A DNA stretch of 64,000 nucleotides from Macrostomum lignano (GCA_002269645.1 NIVC01001450.1:62001-126000), one strand, 5' to 3'. Counted from the stretch's first letter, positions 25,021 through 38,927 are shown. A program made the numbers and translations. The notes: generated from the sequence alone by a model not told the origin.

Positions 25021-25250
25021 CGAGATCTCCTCTTCTCTTCTCTCATTTCTCCTCTCCTCTCAGCTCATCTACTGTACTCCCTCATCTAATTTCCTCTCCC
25101 CTCTCCTCTCTTCTCTCCCTTATCTAATTTCCCCTACCCTTTCCTCTTTTCTCTCCCCTCCTCCTGAGCCTCTCTCCTCTCTCCTCTTCTCCTCTCTCCT
25201 CTCTTCTTATCTCATTTTTTGTCACTCATCTCTTCTCTTATCCACTCCCC
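25021..25250. repeat. CT-rich low-complexity tract
   Basis: Direct inspection. Confidence 0.85.
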
Positions 25251-26511
25251 AAGGGATTCAAATTTCTCGCTGCGCCAAATGTGTTCCTTTTCGAAGCCAT
25301 AAGTGGAAGCAGCTAGATCTAGAACTGAAACTGAACTACAATCTAGGTTAAACGGTTGTTTACTATATATATGGAAAACTGAGTTGGAACAGAAAATGAA
25401 TCATTTCAAAGGCCTGTTTGATAGTGATCGTTAGAGCAAACAAGCGGGCAGTCTGGTGGGGACGTATGTATCAATTTTCTAACATTTCGAACCGCATTGT
25501 AGGGGATAGAGCGTATGAAGAAGCAACTCGAGCAAGCCACTCGAGCCTCTCCTTCCGACTTTTTATTGCTACAAGCTGCCTCCGTCTTGTCACCCCCCCC
25601 CCGATAAGAAAATAGCTTATTTCGAGTCTTTGTTCGATCCAGGCATGATCCAGGCCGGGGTTCACAGACCATGAATAGACTGAGACTGGGTTCCACGATT
25701 TCTGTTAGCTATGTAGCTAGCTATAGCTATAAATCTTGGTTTTGATACCTTAAAAAGACCTTCAACAAACCAAAATAAAAAAGTCACAGTCAGATTTTTC
25801 AGTCAGTCGGTAGAAACCTCATAGACGCATGGAGCTGTACGACCGCAAACAATATGGCAAGAATATTCATGCGGGCGGATGTGGGTGCCCAGCTGCAGTT
25901 TCCACTGACTTAGAATTCAGGAGGATGAAAGGAAAGGATGAAATACGAGCTAGAAAGGAATTCAAATCAGTAGATAGTGCTGAGTTAAACTGTTAGCTAC
26001 ACTTATTTTTATTTTCTTAACTGAGCGGTTTTTCATGCGGGATGCAAGCTATACAAGTATGAATACAAATACATTATAAAATTTATAGATACGAAAAAAA
26101 TGAAAATATTAAATATATGATTTAAGGAAGTTGTCAAGCAGCATAAAATGACAAGCATAGATGTAAAGTAGACTTTCTAATTACAAGATCGATATTTTAG
26201 GAAATAATAAAGAATATGCTATTTACATAGATAATTACATATAGATGAACCCAGCAGAAAAAACGAGTGCCTAGTGGACATCATATTGAACGCCGACGGG
26301 ATAAAAAACAGTCTGCGCAAATTGGGATTTTCCTTGAAATAGTTTGATGATAAAAAATACTGATTCTTAAAATTTTCGTAGTTTGTAAGTTATCTGACAG
26401 TCTGTTGGCTTGAGTGCCTTTGCCTCTGCCTGCCAGTAGGAAAAATGGACCCACACTGCAGCCAGGGAATACTCTACAGGGAGAGTATCCTAGTTCTACC
26501 CACGCCCAGCG

Positions 26512-26935
26512 GGGTCGCCATCATAAACCCGAAAAATCACAACCCCGAAAGCACTTCCCATCATAAACCCGAAATATCATAAACCCGAAATATCATAACT
26601 CCGAAAAACAAAATAGCAACGCCCATCATAAACCCGAAATAGCATAAACCCGAAATATCACAACTCCGAAAGTTTTAGCAACGCACATCATAAACCCGAA
26701 AAATCACAAACCCGAAATATCATAACTCCGAAAACCAAAATAGTGTTGGACATTGCTAGAACTTTCGGATGTGATATTTCGGGTTTATGATGGACGATGC
26801 TATTTTTGTTTTCGGAGTTACGATATTTCGGGTGTATGATTTTTCATGTTTATGATGTTTCGGGTTTATGATATTTCGGGTTTATTATGAAAAGCGCTTT
26901 TCGGAGTTGTGATTTTTCGGGTTTATGATGCCCCC
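26512..26935. mobile_element. Non-autonomous Mutator-like foldback MITE
   Basis: Inverted arms built from atcataaacccgaaa subrepeats; 9-bp TSD cgcccagcg (26503-26511, 26936-26944). Confidence 0.85.
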
Positions 26936-27851
26936 CGCCCAGCGCCCAAAGCCCAGCGCCCAAAGCCCAGCGCCCCGCCCCACTAAATCGATTTTTTACA
27001 GAGACAAACGAATGGTTGAGCAGACATTTCAATAAACAATTGTCATGATGTTGTACCCTGTACATTGATGTGGAGCTTTAGAGATCAAAAGCTCGAGCTA
27101 GGACCAATATACCAGCTACTAGATCTAAACTTCCTTGTTCCTTGTAAATTTCCATGGAGCCAAAAATTCTGAGCATAGGGAGAAACACCGGTCCGTAAGA
27201 GCCTTCCAAAGCCTCCCTTTTTTATTGCTACTGCCCCTACCAAGCTCCGATCCCAAAGACAGGCTATGGAGCCTCTTTGTTTGGTTTTTTGGCAGGGAGC
27301 AGGAGTCACAGTATGTATATTGTATATACATATATCAAATATACTACCACATACGAGCTATTAACCCAACCTTGAATCCATATACTAAAAATGAATCTAT
27401 TCTATGATTTCTGTTGACTGTATCACACGGTTGAATAGGCTATAAATTTGTCAAGATACGAGCTCCCGTTTTGAAAGTGGCTTATTCTGTGTAGCAGTGG
27501 GAAAATTTTTAGCTGAAATTTTTGCGCAAGTACCAAAGCAATGACAAAGAAAATCAGTTTGTGTAGACTGTAATGTTTTGCATTGACGATAGTTATAAGT
27601 CGGTCTCCAGTCAGTGTTCCTGTGGCGGAACCGCTTCCCGCTTGGGGGGGGGGCAATTCCGTTGCCGTCGCACCTTGGAATGTAGGTGAATAAAATTAAT
27701 TTATAACGAAATTCAACCAAATGTGGTTAACTTTTTCGACATAATTTTTGCTGGGATAATAACTAAAAAGGTCAAGTATGCTGTAACTGTAAGATTTATT
27801 TTTGAAAACTTCTCACCTTTTATAAATCCTTGGCTTAGAACAGTAACGTAC

Positions 27852-29798
27852 TTAGTCATCTTGTCCAGTGAGAGGAATCACATAGAATTCAGTGGCGGCG
27901 TCTTCATCAGCTTTTTTAGGCAGCATCCAGCATTTGCGAATTGGCTTGCCAGTTGTAATATTTGCTGTAAGACGATACACACCAATGCCGAGTAATCGCG
28001 ACTCGCAGGGATATGTGTACAGGTCATCAATAAACCGCAAAATTCTGCCTGAAACAATGCCATTTGGTGCTGCGCTTTCAATCAGAACACAATTCGAGCC
28101 AATGATGCAGCAGTTGTCGCCTCTTTTTGGACTGAACTTCAATTTTGGAACTGAAGTATCCTTCTTCAGCATTTGTTGTTGTACGCAAAGAACTTGCTTA
28201 ACTGAATGAGCTGCGATGTGTCTTGTCACTTTGATTTTACGTTTCACAGCGCCCAAATAATTCTCGAATGGAAACGTGGAGAAGTTGTTTAAAGTACCTA
28301 GTTTTCTCACAAACTCATCTAGATGCAGAAGGGCGTGAACATTGTAGCTAATTGACTTTTGGCCAAAAATTTTGGACAACTGCTCGACGAAAACTTCTAG
28401 GCAGCTTTTTGCCGTATACCAGAGGTTCGAATGACGTTCTGCTGAGTAGACGTAAATGGCGAAGTGCAGAAGAAGGAAATTCTTATAATCCTTTTCTCTT
28501 AGAAAGCCTTTAAAAAGTGCAGGACCTAAGTACAGCACGTACTGTCTAAATTCAGTTGCCTTAAGAAACTTCAAATTCTTGTCAATGCGACGAGGCCTTC
28601 TCTGGAAGTTGGAAGGTGTCCAGCCGGTGACTGAAGCAATTTTATCAGATAAAGCGCGCGATCTCATGCGAGAAAAGCGAATGCCGCCCTTTCCGAAATA
28701 AAAGTTCATTAGTTTTCGCACTACACCAAGACACACACAATGTTGATAGTCGACAGGAAAGGAGTAAACAAAGTCAATTTGAGGCAACTCTAGAAGCGGT
28801 GAACGAATTTTTACTGCCCCTGTATCTTGCTGATTAGCTTCTCTTCCACATCGGTACAACTCTCCAGACCTGCTCTCACCAACTGTCGTTGAAAAGGTAA
28901 CTCTGTTGTCAACTCGCGGTCCTGTTGCTCTGCAGTACGAACAGCCTTCATAAGATGAGTGTCCTTTAGTACACATCAAAAATGATCGAGCAGGTGTGTC
29001 AACAACAAAGTATATTGTTGAAAACGAAATGCTAACTGAATCAGAAATCTGGATCGGGCCTGTTAGAAACTTCTTGGCTTCATTGCAAAATTCATGTAGG
29101 TACTCATTGACTTCAGGCTTGCCTTTACCTGCCCAAATCGCCACAGGAAACGGTTTTGCAAACGCTTGTGGGATTTTCATCAGAATAGGCCATAAGCCAA
29201 AAAGACTGGATCGAAACAAAGGAATTCCATCGGAATTTACTTGTGCTTCAAATTCGTACACGCTAGTTGATCCTTCATGCTTTAAATTTTGCGGCGGAAG
29301 CTGTAGTAGTTCATGCTCAAGTAAAAGCTTTAGATTTTGAATGATTGAAACATAGTGGAAATGGCCGTCACCCATTGGCACCAGTTCCGTTGGAACATTA
29401 CGTCTCATTGTCTTTAAGACGCGTCTCACAGATCGGGGTGCTGGCAGTCCGATTTCGCGAAGTGCATGAACAAGAAAGGAAATTCCTTCGCGTGGAATGT
29501 TGTACATCAAGAAAAATACAACGAGAACAGCTTCCAACTTATCTTCCAATGATCGGTTATCTTCTTCCTTCTTGCTTTCATCGTCCTCTTGGTCGCTGTC
29601 ATCACTTTCAAATCTCTGTGAATCTGGCTCATCGACTGCATCGAAATATTTATCTTGTTCTTCCTCATCAAGTTCTATGGCCTCAGTCTCCATCAATCGA
29701 ACATCCTGAGTAGCGGACGGTCTATCTTCTGAATTTTCAACAACAAATAGTGATAATAGATGTCTATCAATCGATCTTTTTAGACTCTTGGATGCCAT
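27852..29798 (-). CDS. CACTA/EnSpm-type (CMC) DDE transposase, 648 aa, intact ORF
   Basis: Motifs NSDGIPL..S...WPI, VVDTPAR..GH....CSYC, DYQHCVCLGV, FQRRPR...KATEFR, YNVHALLHL and FSTFPFENYLG match animal EnSpm-like transposases. Element termini not identified. Confidence 0.85.
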   Translation of the reverse strand: MASKSLKRSIDRHLLSLFVVENSEDRPSATQDVRLMETEAIELDEEEQDKYFDAVDEPDSQRFESDDSDQEDDESKKEEDNRSLEDKLEAVLVVFFLMYNIPREGISFLVHALREIGLPAPRSVRRVLKTMRRNVPTELVPMGDGHFHYVSIIQNLKLLLEHELLQLPPQNLKHEGSTSVYEFEAQVNSDGIPLFRSSLFGLWPILMKIPQAFAKPFPVAIWAGKGKPEVNEYLHEFCNEAKKFLTGPIQISDSVSISFSTIYFVVDTPARSFLMCTKGHSSYEGCSYCRATGPRVDNRVTFSTTVGESRSGELYRCGREANQQDTGAVKIRSPLLELPQIDFVYSFPVDYQHCVCLGVVRKLMNFYFGKGGIRFSRMRSRALSDKIASVTGWTPSNFQRRPRRIDKNLKFLKATEFRQYVLYLGPALFKGFLREKDYKNFLLLHFAIYVYSAERHSNLWYTAKSCLEVFVEQLSKIFGQKSISYNVHALLHLDEFVRKLGTLNNFSTFPFENYLGAVKRKIKVTRHIAAHSVKQVLCVQQQMLKKDTSVPKLKFSPKRGDNCCIIGSNCVLIESAAPNGIVSGRILRFIDDLYTYPCESRLLGIGVYRLTANITTGKPIRKCWMLPKKADEDAATEFYVIPLTGQDD

Positions 29799-30247
29799 TT
29801 TGGACTTCTTCTTGCGTCGAAATCAGCAAAATAATTTTTAAGCAATAAATAAATCGTATACAGGGATATGCAAGTACGAATAGAAGATGTTTAAGGGACT
29901 GGTTTAATGAAATGATAATTAAAGGCCAAATTAAAAATTGGTTGACATTAAAAAAGTGCAGACATTAATAGTTAAAAATATGAAATTGCCTAATTCAACC
30001 AAAAGTTACATGGTGAACGGAATCGTCCAATGAGAACGGACCAACTGCATGGCCCAAAATTTCCCCCACATACGGGCTCCAAACCCCCACCTCAGCTTCT
30101 CCAAAAATAGCTTCAAGTTCCAGCTCACGCAGAACCCGCTAGAATTTTTTTCCGTGCAAGCTTCGTTTTTTCCAGCCTAATTCAACTCTGACAAATTCAA
30201 AACCTTTTTATTGACGTAAAACTAAGAAAAAATCATCACAGTTTAAG

Positions 30248-33037
30248 ATGAAGTTTTTAGTTATTTGTAAGAGTGACCGCCAAGTGTTGGAGATTCAACA
30301 GCAAGACATAATTCTGCCGCCACATTTGGAGTCTCTGTCTGAAGCTCAGTGGCTCGAAAAGAGAGAAGAAACTCTTCAATGGAACTGTGAAGTGCGCTAT
30401 GCCCAGGTCTACTATCGAGCGAGTATAATTCAGGTGATAAACTGCTCTCGCATATTTTCTAGTTTTAAATTAGTTCTTACTTAGTTTTTACCTCCTGACG
30501 TTTAAAATCAGGGCGGATTAAAGGGGGGGGGGCGCCCCCCCCCCCCCCCCAAATAGCCAGACGGAACATATTGCGCCCCCTAGCTTAAAAATTGGCGCCC
30601 CTTATACTCATCTTTTCTTTTCATTTGAACTTTCATTCCAGGTAATACTAGACGAAAACTTGGAAACCGGTGCTTTTCTTTATGTTCGAAGCCTTGTTTC
30701 GAAGAAAAGGAGGCTGAATGATATTCTTAAAATGGTTCGGCCGAGGGTTTTCATCGAATCGGACATGCGCTTGTCACGTCGAAATTATCAATCCAAGGTA
30801 ATAATAATTAACTAAAATTATCGTCTCGCTAAAAATTTCTTTATCATTCACATTTCATTTCATAGTCATATTTTCTGCAACATTTTGATTTTTTCTACTA
30901 AATTTATCACTAAAATGCTAGATACTACTACTAGACTAGACTAGAATACTAGAATTCATTCTACTAAAATACCCGCAGAATTTGGACTTCGGTTCGGCAT
31001 CGGACACTGACGCATTTTTTGCCGACCGGTGCTCAGAGAACTCTAATAGGGTTCTCCAGTTACCGGATTCAGTCCTGCCGAAAACGATAGCGCAGATTTG
31101 CCCACCACCTTTAACAATTAGACCTGGATCAACAACTGAATCCGAAGATGCATCTGAGAAAGCACCATCAGCCGGAGCGGAAGCAGGAGTGGTTATTTCA
31201 ACAGAAACAGCGGTTGCAGCTGCAAAAGCTGCAGTGGCTGCAAAAGCAGAAGCAGCCGCTTTGGCTGCTGCTGCGGAAGCTGCTGCTGTGAAAGCTGCTG
31301 CTGTGAAAGCTGCTGCTGCGGAGGCTGCTGCTGCGGAGGCTGCTGCTGTGAAAGCTGCTGCTGCGGAGGCTGCTGCTGCGGAGGCTGCTGCTGCGGAGGC
31401 TGCTGCTGCGGAGGCTGCTGCTGCGGAGGCTGCTGCTGCGGAGGCTGCTGCTGCGGAGACTGCTGCTTCGGAGACTGCTGCTTCGGAGACTGCTGCTTCG
31501 GAGACTGCTGCTTCGGAGGCTGCGGATGAGACTGCTGCTTCGGAGGCTGCTGCGGAGGAGACTGCTGCTGCGGATGCCGTAACAGAGGAGCCAACAACAG
31601 CTGCTGCTGGGGCGTCGACGGTACCAAAAAACTCTGCAAATTTGGAGGAATCCTCCTACATGCCATCATTTGCCTTTGGGCCTAGTGCTATTAAAAAACT
31701 AGAGGAGCAGATTCAAGCCATCACGGACTTCCCACTTGAAAGCTTTCGAGGGATACTTTTTGTCCAATTGTCGATTCTTCGAGAGCTTTCTATGTGCTAC
31801 AGCAGGCAAGAGTCCAAGCTCGATCGGTGCCTAAAAGAAGTTGCGGCGATTCGAGCCGAGATGGCGAGACAGCAATATTCAAATTCCGCGAATGGCAATA
31901 AACCGGAGCGACCAAAATTTTGGCCCATTAGCTCATGGAATGCATACATTCAGTTTGCGAAATTTCAACCTGTGGAATCCATATCGGAATTGGTGAGTTA
32001 AATTAACTTGTATTATTTTTTATATATCAAATTTGTTTAAAATTTTGAGATTATAGAAATTATACCTAATAAATAAAGGTTAGAAATTAATAGAATTGTA
32101 TTGGTATAACAGAAGACAGATTAATGAATGAAGTAAATAATTATAAACATTAGAATAATAAGGTCCCATATTAACATTTTGACAGAGAGTCCTTCTGCGC
32201 CTCTGCCAGCGCGATAATTTATCCGAAGCGATTCGAGCAATGCTTGATGCATGCTTGACGCCCGACATGCAGGCCCAAGTCAATTTCAGTGGCTACGATT
32301 TGATAAACCGGGCGCTGCAGGCCGGAGTGGATGCAGTAGACGCGGATTTGCAGCTTGGCTTCAAGGATACAATGCTGCATCACTTTCAAGGTATGTTTGC
32401 TGAATGGGGCTTTTGGTAGGAAATTCGCTCATTAAAATATATTGCAAAAATATTTTTCTCATGGCACAATGGTTACTATTCGATATAAGTAGAAATGTTT
32501 GGTAATTATGGCTAATTGTGGCAAATGGCTAAATTTAGTAAACTATATATTTTTTTTTCAGAGGCCATCACAAGCATCTACGGCAACTCAGTTGAGGCTG
32601 GTAGGCCAACAAATAAGCAGGTCCACACAGTCTGCAGGGATCTGCTTCACCGTGGAACTGACCGGCTGAAGAAGAGGCAGCATCGGAAAATGGGCACCTT
32701 GTCGGCTGAAGTTGCTGCCTCTAGTCCAGCCGCACCAACTCCAGCCACTCCAAACATCCGCCAAGCTGGCCTCAAAGCTGCGACACCGGCTGTAGCTGCC
32801 ACTTCAAGGCCATCGGCATCAGCCAGACCTGCTGCGAATGCTGTGCAAAAAAGCCCAATGGTTACAGCAGTGGCTACGGAGCTACGTTCAAGGAAGCGGT
32901 CATCTAGACAAAGTGGGGCGAATTATAACGGGTCAAGGGCAAAGCGGCAATCGCTCGGGAAAACGGCTCAGTATGAATGTGACTGGCCAAGTGAAGTCGA
33001 CTCAGATTTAGATAGTGATGAATGGGACAGTTCTTAA
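30248..33037 (+). CDS. Five-exon DUF4806/BEN-like putative DNA-binding partner of the transposase (exons 30248-30433, 30642-30797, 30979-31992, 32186-32390, 32562-33037; ~678 aa)
   Basis: All introns GT-AG with compatible phases (0,0,0,1) and no stops after joining; LVRVLLRL..DNLSEAIRAMLDACLTPDMQAQVNFSG...EAITSIYG...VCRDLLHRGTDR resembles DUF4806; head-to-head with the transposase. Confidence 0.7.
31270..31575 (+). repeat. 15-bp coding repeat gaggctgctgctgcg encoding (EAAAA)n
   Basis: Direct inspection within exon 3. Confidence 0.95.
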
Positions 33038-34454
33038 GAAGTTATTAACTAATCTGCATGAATGGTGTATATGTTTCGGATGTATCAATGTTATTTAGGA
33101 ATTCTATTTTTTCTTTTAAGCATATTTGTTTTATGCCTACTTCCTACAGCTACGTTACACTCTTTATGTCCTACAGCTTATAAGAGTAAAACGAATTTAT
33201 TTGTCTTTGTGTTTTTACTATATTCCTAAATCAATAAAATGTATAATGTCAATTTGTATCAATTTTAATTTACTTAATTCTTAAACACGGCATTTTTATT
33301 TATTAGATTTTTAGCAAATATTTTTCTTTGAATAAAAATACCATTTGAAAGCAAAAAGAGCATTAATTTAAAAGTGAAGTATGAATATGGTAGAGGAAAT
33401 TCAGGGGAGCAGGGGCAATACGCTGTGCTGCTATGGAGAACCAAAATTTGGCTTGTTAAGGATCGGACCAATCTAAATCTAATATATCCTAGCCCATACA
33501 TACTACTATAAGTAGGCTATATACATTGTCGACGGGGCGCCGGCGGGGCGCCAGTGCCTTGCCTGGACAAAGTATGCGCCCAAAAACCGGTGCCCATCGA
33601 CGGTGGCGTAGGAATGTTCGTACAAAGAGGCGCTTAGGAAATGCTCCACTGGGTCAATGCAAAATACTGGTATTTCAATTTTCAGAAAGCTGTAAATATT
33701 GAATAAGGCTAAATTAACCATTAACTATTTAAACACTACTGGGTAAATCAATATACCAGTATTGTGACCCCTATATACAATATAATAAAATAATACAATA
33801 CAATACAATATAATAGTATATAGTGAAAATAGGGATTTCAGATTAGTAAATATTGAAATTGAAATTGTGCCATTTCAGATTCTATTGATTCCTTGAAATC
33901 TAAAATTTTTAAATAACTATGAGAGCATACTTGTAACCTGATTCATTGGGGAGAAACAGAAGACCTGCTTGGTGCGCCTCATTATGTTTATAGATGTTAA
34001 AGTGGGATCTTGTGAATTGAACAGGTGGGAAATAGATTTGGTAGACTGCTTGCTTGGAGAGCCATCTTTTAACTGTTGTTTTGATTCATTACTTAGTTCT
34101 GCAAGTTTGGTGACTGCAGTTTTTCCTACAAAGAATCCTTTGTTGCTGTAGTAGAGCTTTTGAAGTTTCTGAACTTTTAATTATAATATATTATTTTCAT
34201 TATTAATAACAATACGTACATTTTAAAGTTATAAACTGAAAAGTTAATAGCTGGATGATTAATAACTATTGCTAAGGTTTTTGTTTAACTATATGTAATT
34301 CTGGACGTTCAGAATTGTTTTTAAACATTTGTTACTTATAGTAGGCTTGAATCTAAACTACATCCAATTCTGGATATCCAGAATTTGTTTTTTAAATTTG
34401 TTAGTTTATAAATTTTTAGACAGTGTATTTAATTATCCGTCATTTTCCTTCTCT

Positions 34455-35344
34455 TCACTGTTTTAATAGCTGTCTCCATTTTTCCGTTGTCTGAAGGCTT
34501 TCTTCGTCTTCGTCATCTTCCCAGACTATAGTGAAGTCTGTTTCCAGCTTGCACCGGAAGTTCTCGTCGTTCAGGGCTTCTTTCTCATTAATCTTGAATG
34601 TAAGCAACATCTCCATGCTATAGCCAAAGAACAGGATGTTTGGGAAACTTGCTAATTGAACCAAGAAATTTAAACAGCCGCTGACCAAATTTAGCAGTCT
34701 ATTCGGTTGTTAGACCAAATTTGTACTTGTAATTGGCAAAAACCCCCGCCTGTTTTTTCTTCGCTAGACATCCCAGAACTTCAACATCTGCGGTAAAGAA
34801 GTCCAGCGTGCTATATTGCAAGCGCATGCTTTCTTTGTCGTCTGGCACATCGGCTATGCACATGCACAGCTCTTTAACATTGTTAAATCAAAATACAAAT
34901 AATATGCAATCATAATGAGGTCAAAGGTTTGCTTGCATAAATCTCTTATGTCTGTCAAATCTATCTATAATCACATTTAAATCACTAAGTCAAGAATTAT
35001 GAGAACTTTTGTCAATATGTTTCACTAACAAGCTAGTAAAAATAATAAGCAAAATACTTACCTTGTCCGGATTACAATTTCCTCATTCCTTATGTTGTTT
35101 ATGGTTTCCTTTAACCGAGCTATAAAACGTACGTCACATCGTTCGTTCTCGATATCAACGTGCTTGGCCTCCTAAGTTTTTTCTTTTTTTTTGAAGATTG
35201 CCCTTCAACCTTTTAAAGGCTCTTCAATAAGGTGGCTTGTTTATTCTCAGATATTGCTGAGATGGCGATTGCTGCGCTGGCTGTTTCCTTGGTGCTAATG
35301 CTCTTGATTGTGTTAAGAATTAGACTCAGAGTCTTGGAAGCCAT
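34455..35344 (-). pseudogene. HTH-like Polinton gene, copy A (intron-containing, degenerate)
   Basis: MASKTLSLILNTIKSIS...VRFIARLKETINNIRNEEIVIRTR|gtaagt ... VLGCLAKKKQAGV..YKFGLTTE...FPNILFFGYSMEMLLTFK; homologous to copy B. Confidence 0.65.
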
Positions 35345-36592
35345 AACAAGAATCGGAGCAACCCGGGGCGGGGTGAGGAGAGGGACGGTGCGAATCGGCT
35401 ATTTATATACCTTTGGAATGGGCTCGGAAATCCATGGGTTCTCTTTTTATTCTCGAATATTCTAGAATAAGGGAAACTCGCAGATTTTCTACTTATAGGC
35501 AGTATATTCTATTAATGGTTGATTGGGGTTGCCAAAGCAGAAAGAGAGACCAAAGCTGAGGGACTAATTTCCGCGATCGGTTGCAAAAATGGATTTTTTT
35601 TGTGGCTTCTGGGTACAACCTTGTAGTTGGCTACTACAACTGCCTTATAACTTCAGCAAAGTTATAATAGCTGTCAAAATTGTTAATGACTACTCTGTGT
35701 TTTTCAAACCAGTGAGATTTAAGTGCTTGATTAATAATTTGAACGTTATTATCAACACCAGGCCTGAACTTTTGCATGTAGAGAGTGCATTCCTTCTTGC
35801 ACTGGTACTTGGATTTGTACAATGGATAAGGCTAAGTATAATAAGAACCTGGAGAGACAACTGTGTGATGGCCTGGGCTGGGGATCGCTCCGCAGCCCTG
35901 GCCATATGGTCTGCCGCTCCCACTGACTATGTTTGTTTGCACTCTGTTCCCCTCACTGACTCACCGGAGTCACCCCTTCTGAATACTTCCCCCATGCTAC
36001 GTATGCACCATTTGTATGCGTGTTCCATGCATCGTGCCACAGCGCGCCTGGCTATGTTGGGGCCCAGGAGCCCACAAATATATGGCAAAGCTAGACGATA
36101 TGGTCTGGTTTACATCTCTTATTCCTGTCTGCCACTCCGGAGCCAATTCCCAGTGTTCCCATTCCCAAGACGTCGTTCTCGAGTCATTACAAACTGGAAA
36201 CATTTTTAGAGAAAGACCCGCTTTTTTCTGATTCTGTCGGGGATAAAATGGATGGATTTAGTGGGATTATGTTCGAAGTTTTCGGAGCCAGTGCGACCCC
36301 CTTTTTTCTGATTCTGTCGGGTATAATATGGATGGATTTAATAGGATTATGGAGGACGTTAAAAAATTGTCCCAAAGGCCCCTTCATGCATTTTACTTTT
36401 GAAAGATATATTTGCTTCAACCAATAGATACAGCTTAAAGGACTACTGTAGATGAAAGAAACTTGCCAGTACAAATTAGAATATTACGAGTATTCTAACA
36501 CAGAATGCGCTGAATAATGTGAAGAAAAAAGCCAGCACTATTTAGCATAGATAATAGTCATTCAAAAGTCAGTACTTCGTCTTCTTCTATGC

Positions 36593-37238
36593 CTAAATTT
36601 TTTTTGTTTGTTTGACTTGTTTTGTTTGTTTGTACAAGTTTTCTTTCAGAATTTGTAACAAAAATGTTATGAACTTACTTTCTTCATACCAACACTCGAC
36701 ATCCTTCTCATATTGTCCATCCAGGGAAATACCCTCGATTTGCATCTTCAATATGTCAGCAAAGCGTTCATCAATTTTTGCCTTCTCTTCAATCACTGAT
36801 TTGTAGCGAAGCAGGGTTCCCATTGTGTAACTTGAAAATATTAGACCTGGGTACATGATACAGAGAGAGTAAAATTTGTCGTAGTCTCTCACTGTTTCGC
36901 TTGCTAATATTGAAAGTGGTGGCGAGCTCTTCCACATTCATTCTGTGCTTGTAGACCAAAACTTGAATTAAGCGCCCCTGCTCAAACTGCATCATGGCCT
37001 TCGCAGTTGACAGGTTCTCGATAGAATAGGTCAGTTTCTTAAACCTCGCTTTCAAGTCTACCTTTATCGTTCAATTCAAATTCATGGCGACCAAGTTGAG
37101 ACCTTCGGAAATTGCACCTAGAGACAACTTTACACCGCGACTCTCATTCTCTTCCAGCTTCGCGTATATCCTTGCAATAAGTCTCTCTCGCTCGCTCGCT
37201 CTCTTCCTTTTTGTGGAGACCATTTGTGGAGATCCCAT
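36593..37238 (-). pseudogene. HTH-like Polinton gene, divergent copy C
   Basis: ERERLIARI; YKHRMNVEELATTFNISKR (HTH-like); FYSLCIMYPGLIFSSYTMGTLLRYK matches FYSLMMKYPNIVFSGYSFEKLLTFK of copy B; TATATAAAAG upstream. Confidence 0.55.
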
Positions 37239-38927
37239 ATCAATATCTACTTTTATTAGGTTTTTAAGATATCTATCTACGCGATTCTACGGACTCCAAT
37301 AAAGGCCTTTTATATAGACATTAGACAGAACTTGTATTTCTAATATAAATTGTTAACTCTAAATAAAGGATCAGTCAGTTTATAAAAAATGCAACTTACT
37401 GCTTTGCCACCGACATATTTCATCGACTGAGAGATGTCGGGACCCAGGGCTTTTGGTCCCTTTTTCGACCTCACATTGGGGTCGTTGAGACAAGGGCAAA
37501 GGCGGGACAAAACCGTTCGTTCGTTCCTCTAGTTCTTTAGTTCCAAAATTCTCTAGTTCCAAACCACCATGTCTCTTCTCAAGATCTCAAGATTTCTCAT
37601 GCGGCACCCACCCCTGCTCCTCACCTATTGTTCTCGTTTTTTATTGTTTTCTCTTTTCGCACTTAATTATCACATTTCCCCATATTTTCTCGTTCTCCTT
37701 TTCGCACCCAATTAGCATATTTTTCTCAAGACCTGAGAGCCCGTCTTTAAAGTCACTGACATCAGTTGCTCGATGGTTTAGTCCCTCAGCCTCGATCGGT
37801 TGATTGACATACATACTTGAAGTAGACTGAAATTTGGAGTCTGCCTCGGGCTGTAGTGCCAATTGATCCTGACGAGTTCGGACGAGATCGAAGCACGGAA
37901 AACAACTGCTGATTCATATTTCGGTATGAACTTCCACGCGTGACTCATTTCCGCTAACATGAATTTTCATTATTATTAGTGGTCTATATACAAAGTAAAA
38001 GAAGACGATTATTTGTACATAAAAGCAGATACGGAAAGACCAAACGAGTATCCTGCGAAGTTCACAAAGTTCGAAGTTCACAAAGATTAAAGAACCATAA
38101 AGCAGTCGAATCGAATTATTTTCGACTTTAATTTGATATCGAAAGTATAAAAGCTCCCACTGGCAACCAAAATAGAGAAGCTACAAAGAAAAATGTATCT
38201 GCTAAAGTCTGAACAAAGTGCGTGTGTCCTGCGTTTTAGGCTACTGGTTTGTTATTGTTATGCTTAGTGGATTTTATCTGACTTGAGTTTAGTAGATTGG
38301 AGCCACCAGGCTCCTGATTTCTCTAATCCTAGTATTTAATGATTAAAGAAAAAGACCAACCAAAAACCAAATATTTTATTTACTTTAAAGATGTAAAAGA
38401 AAAGAAAATGGTTTAGCATGCAATAGGTCTACAGTTATTTATTTTGGTGTGATTTGGTGCGACACGCAACTTAGGTCAGAAATAACTTCAGTAGTCTCGC
38501 AAATCAACGGCTTAAGAACAAATTTAACATCGTCAGTTAATCTTCTGAGAAATGTCACTGAAAGCTGGATGCATATTCTTGAAGGAAGTGTTTCACAAAC
38601 ACAGTTAAAGTGAGGAATTTAGAAGAGTTCATGAACCAGTCAACAGCGTTGCATGATCGAATCAAAGAAAGAATTAATGCAATTTTTACCGAAAGGCAGA
38701 AATCGTTGAGAAGAATCAGTCAGCTTGAACGCTTGCATAAGCTCAAAAACATTGACGCTGAAGAGGCACCACAGACCACAAGGGTAATAAGTGATCCAAC
38801 CGACTTGTTTAAGATCAGGCGTAGAATAGAGCTCATAGACAATGAATAGGCAGATTCGAAGAGACCTGTTGCCGTCACTGCAGAAAAAGCAATCAAACGT
38901 AAAACAAATTTAACCTCCACCAACTAG

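Noticed and set aside
31193-31669. Poly-PQQQ ORF on the minus strand
   Set aside because: Reverse-complement reading of the (EAAAA)n repeat; the plus frame is part of a spliceable gene.
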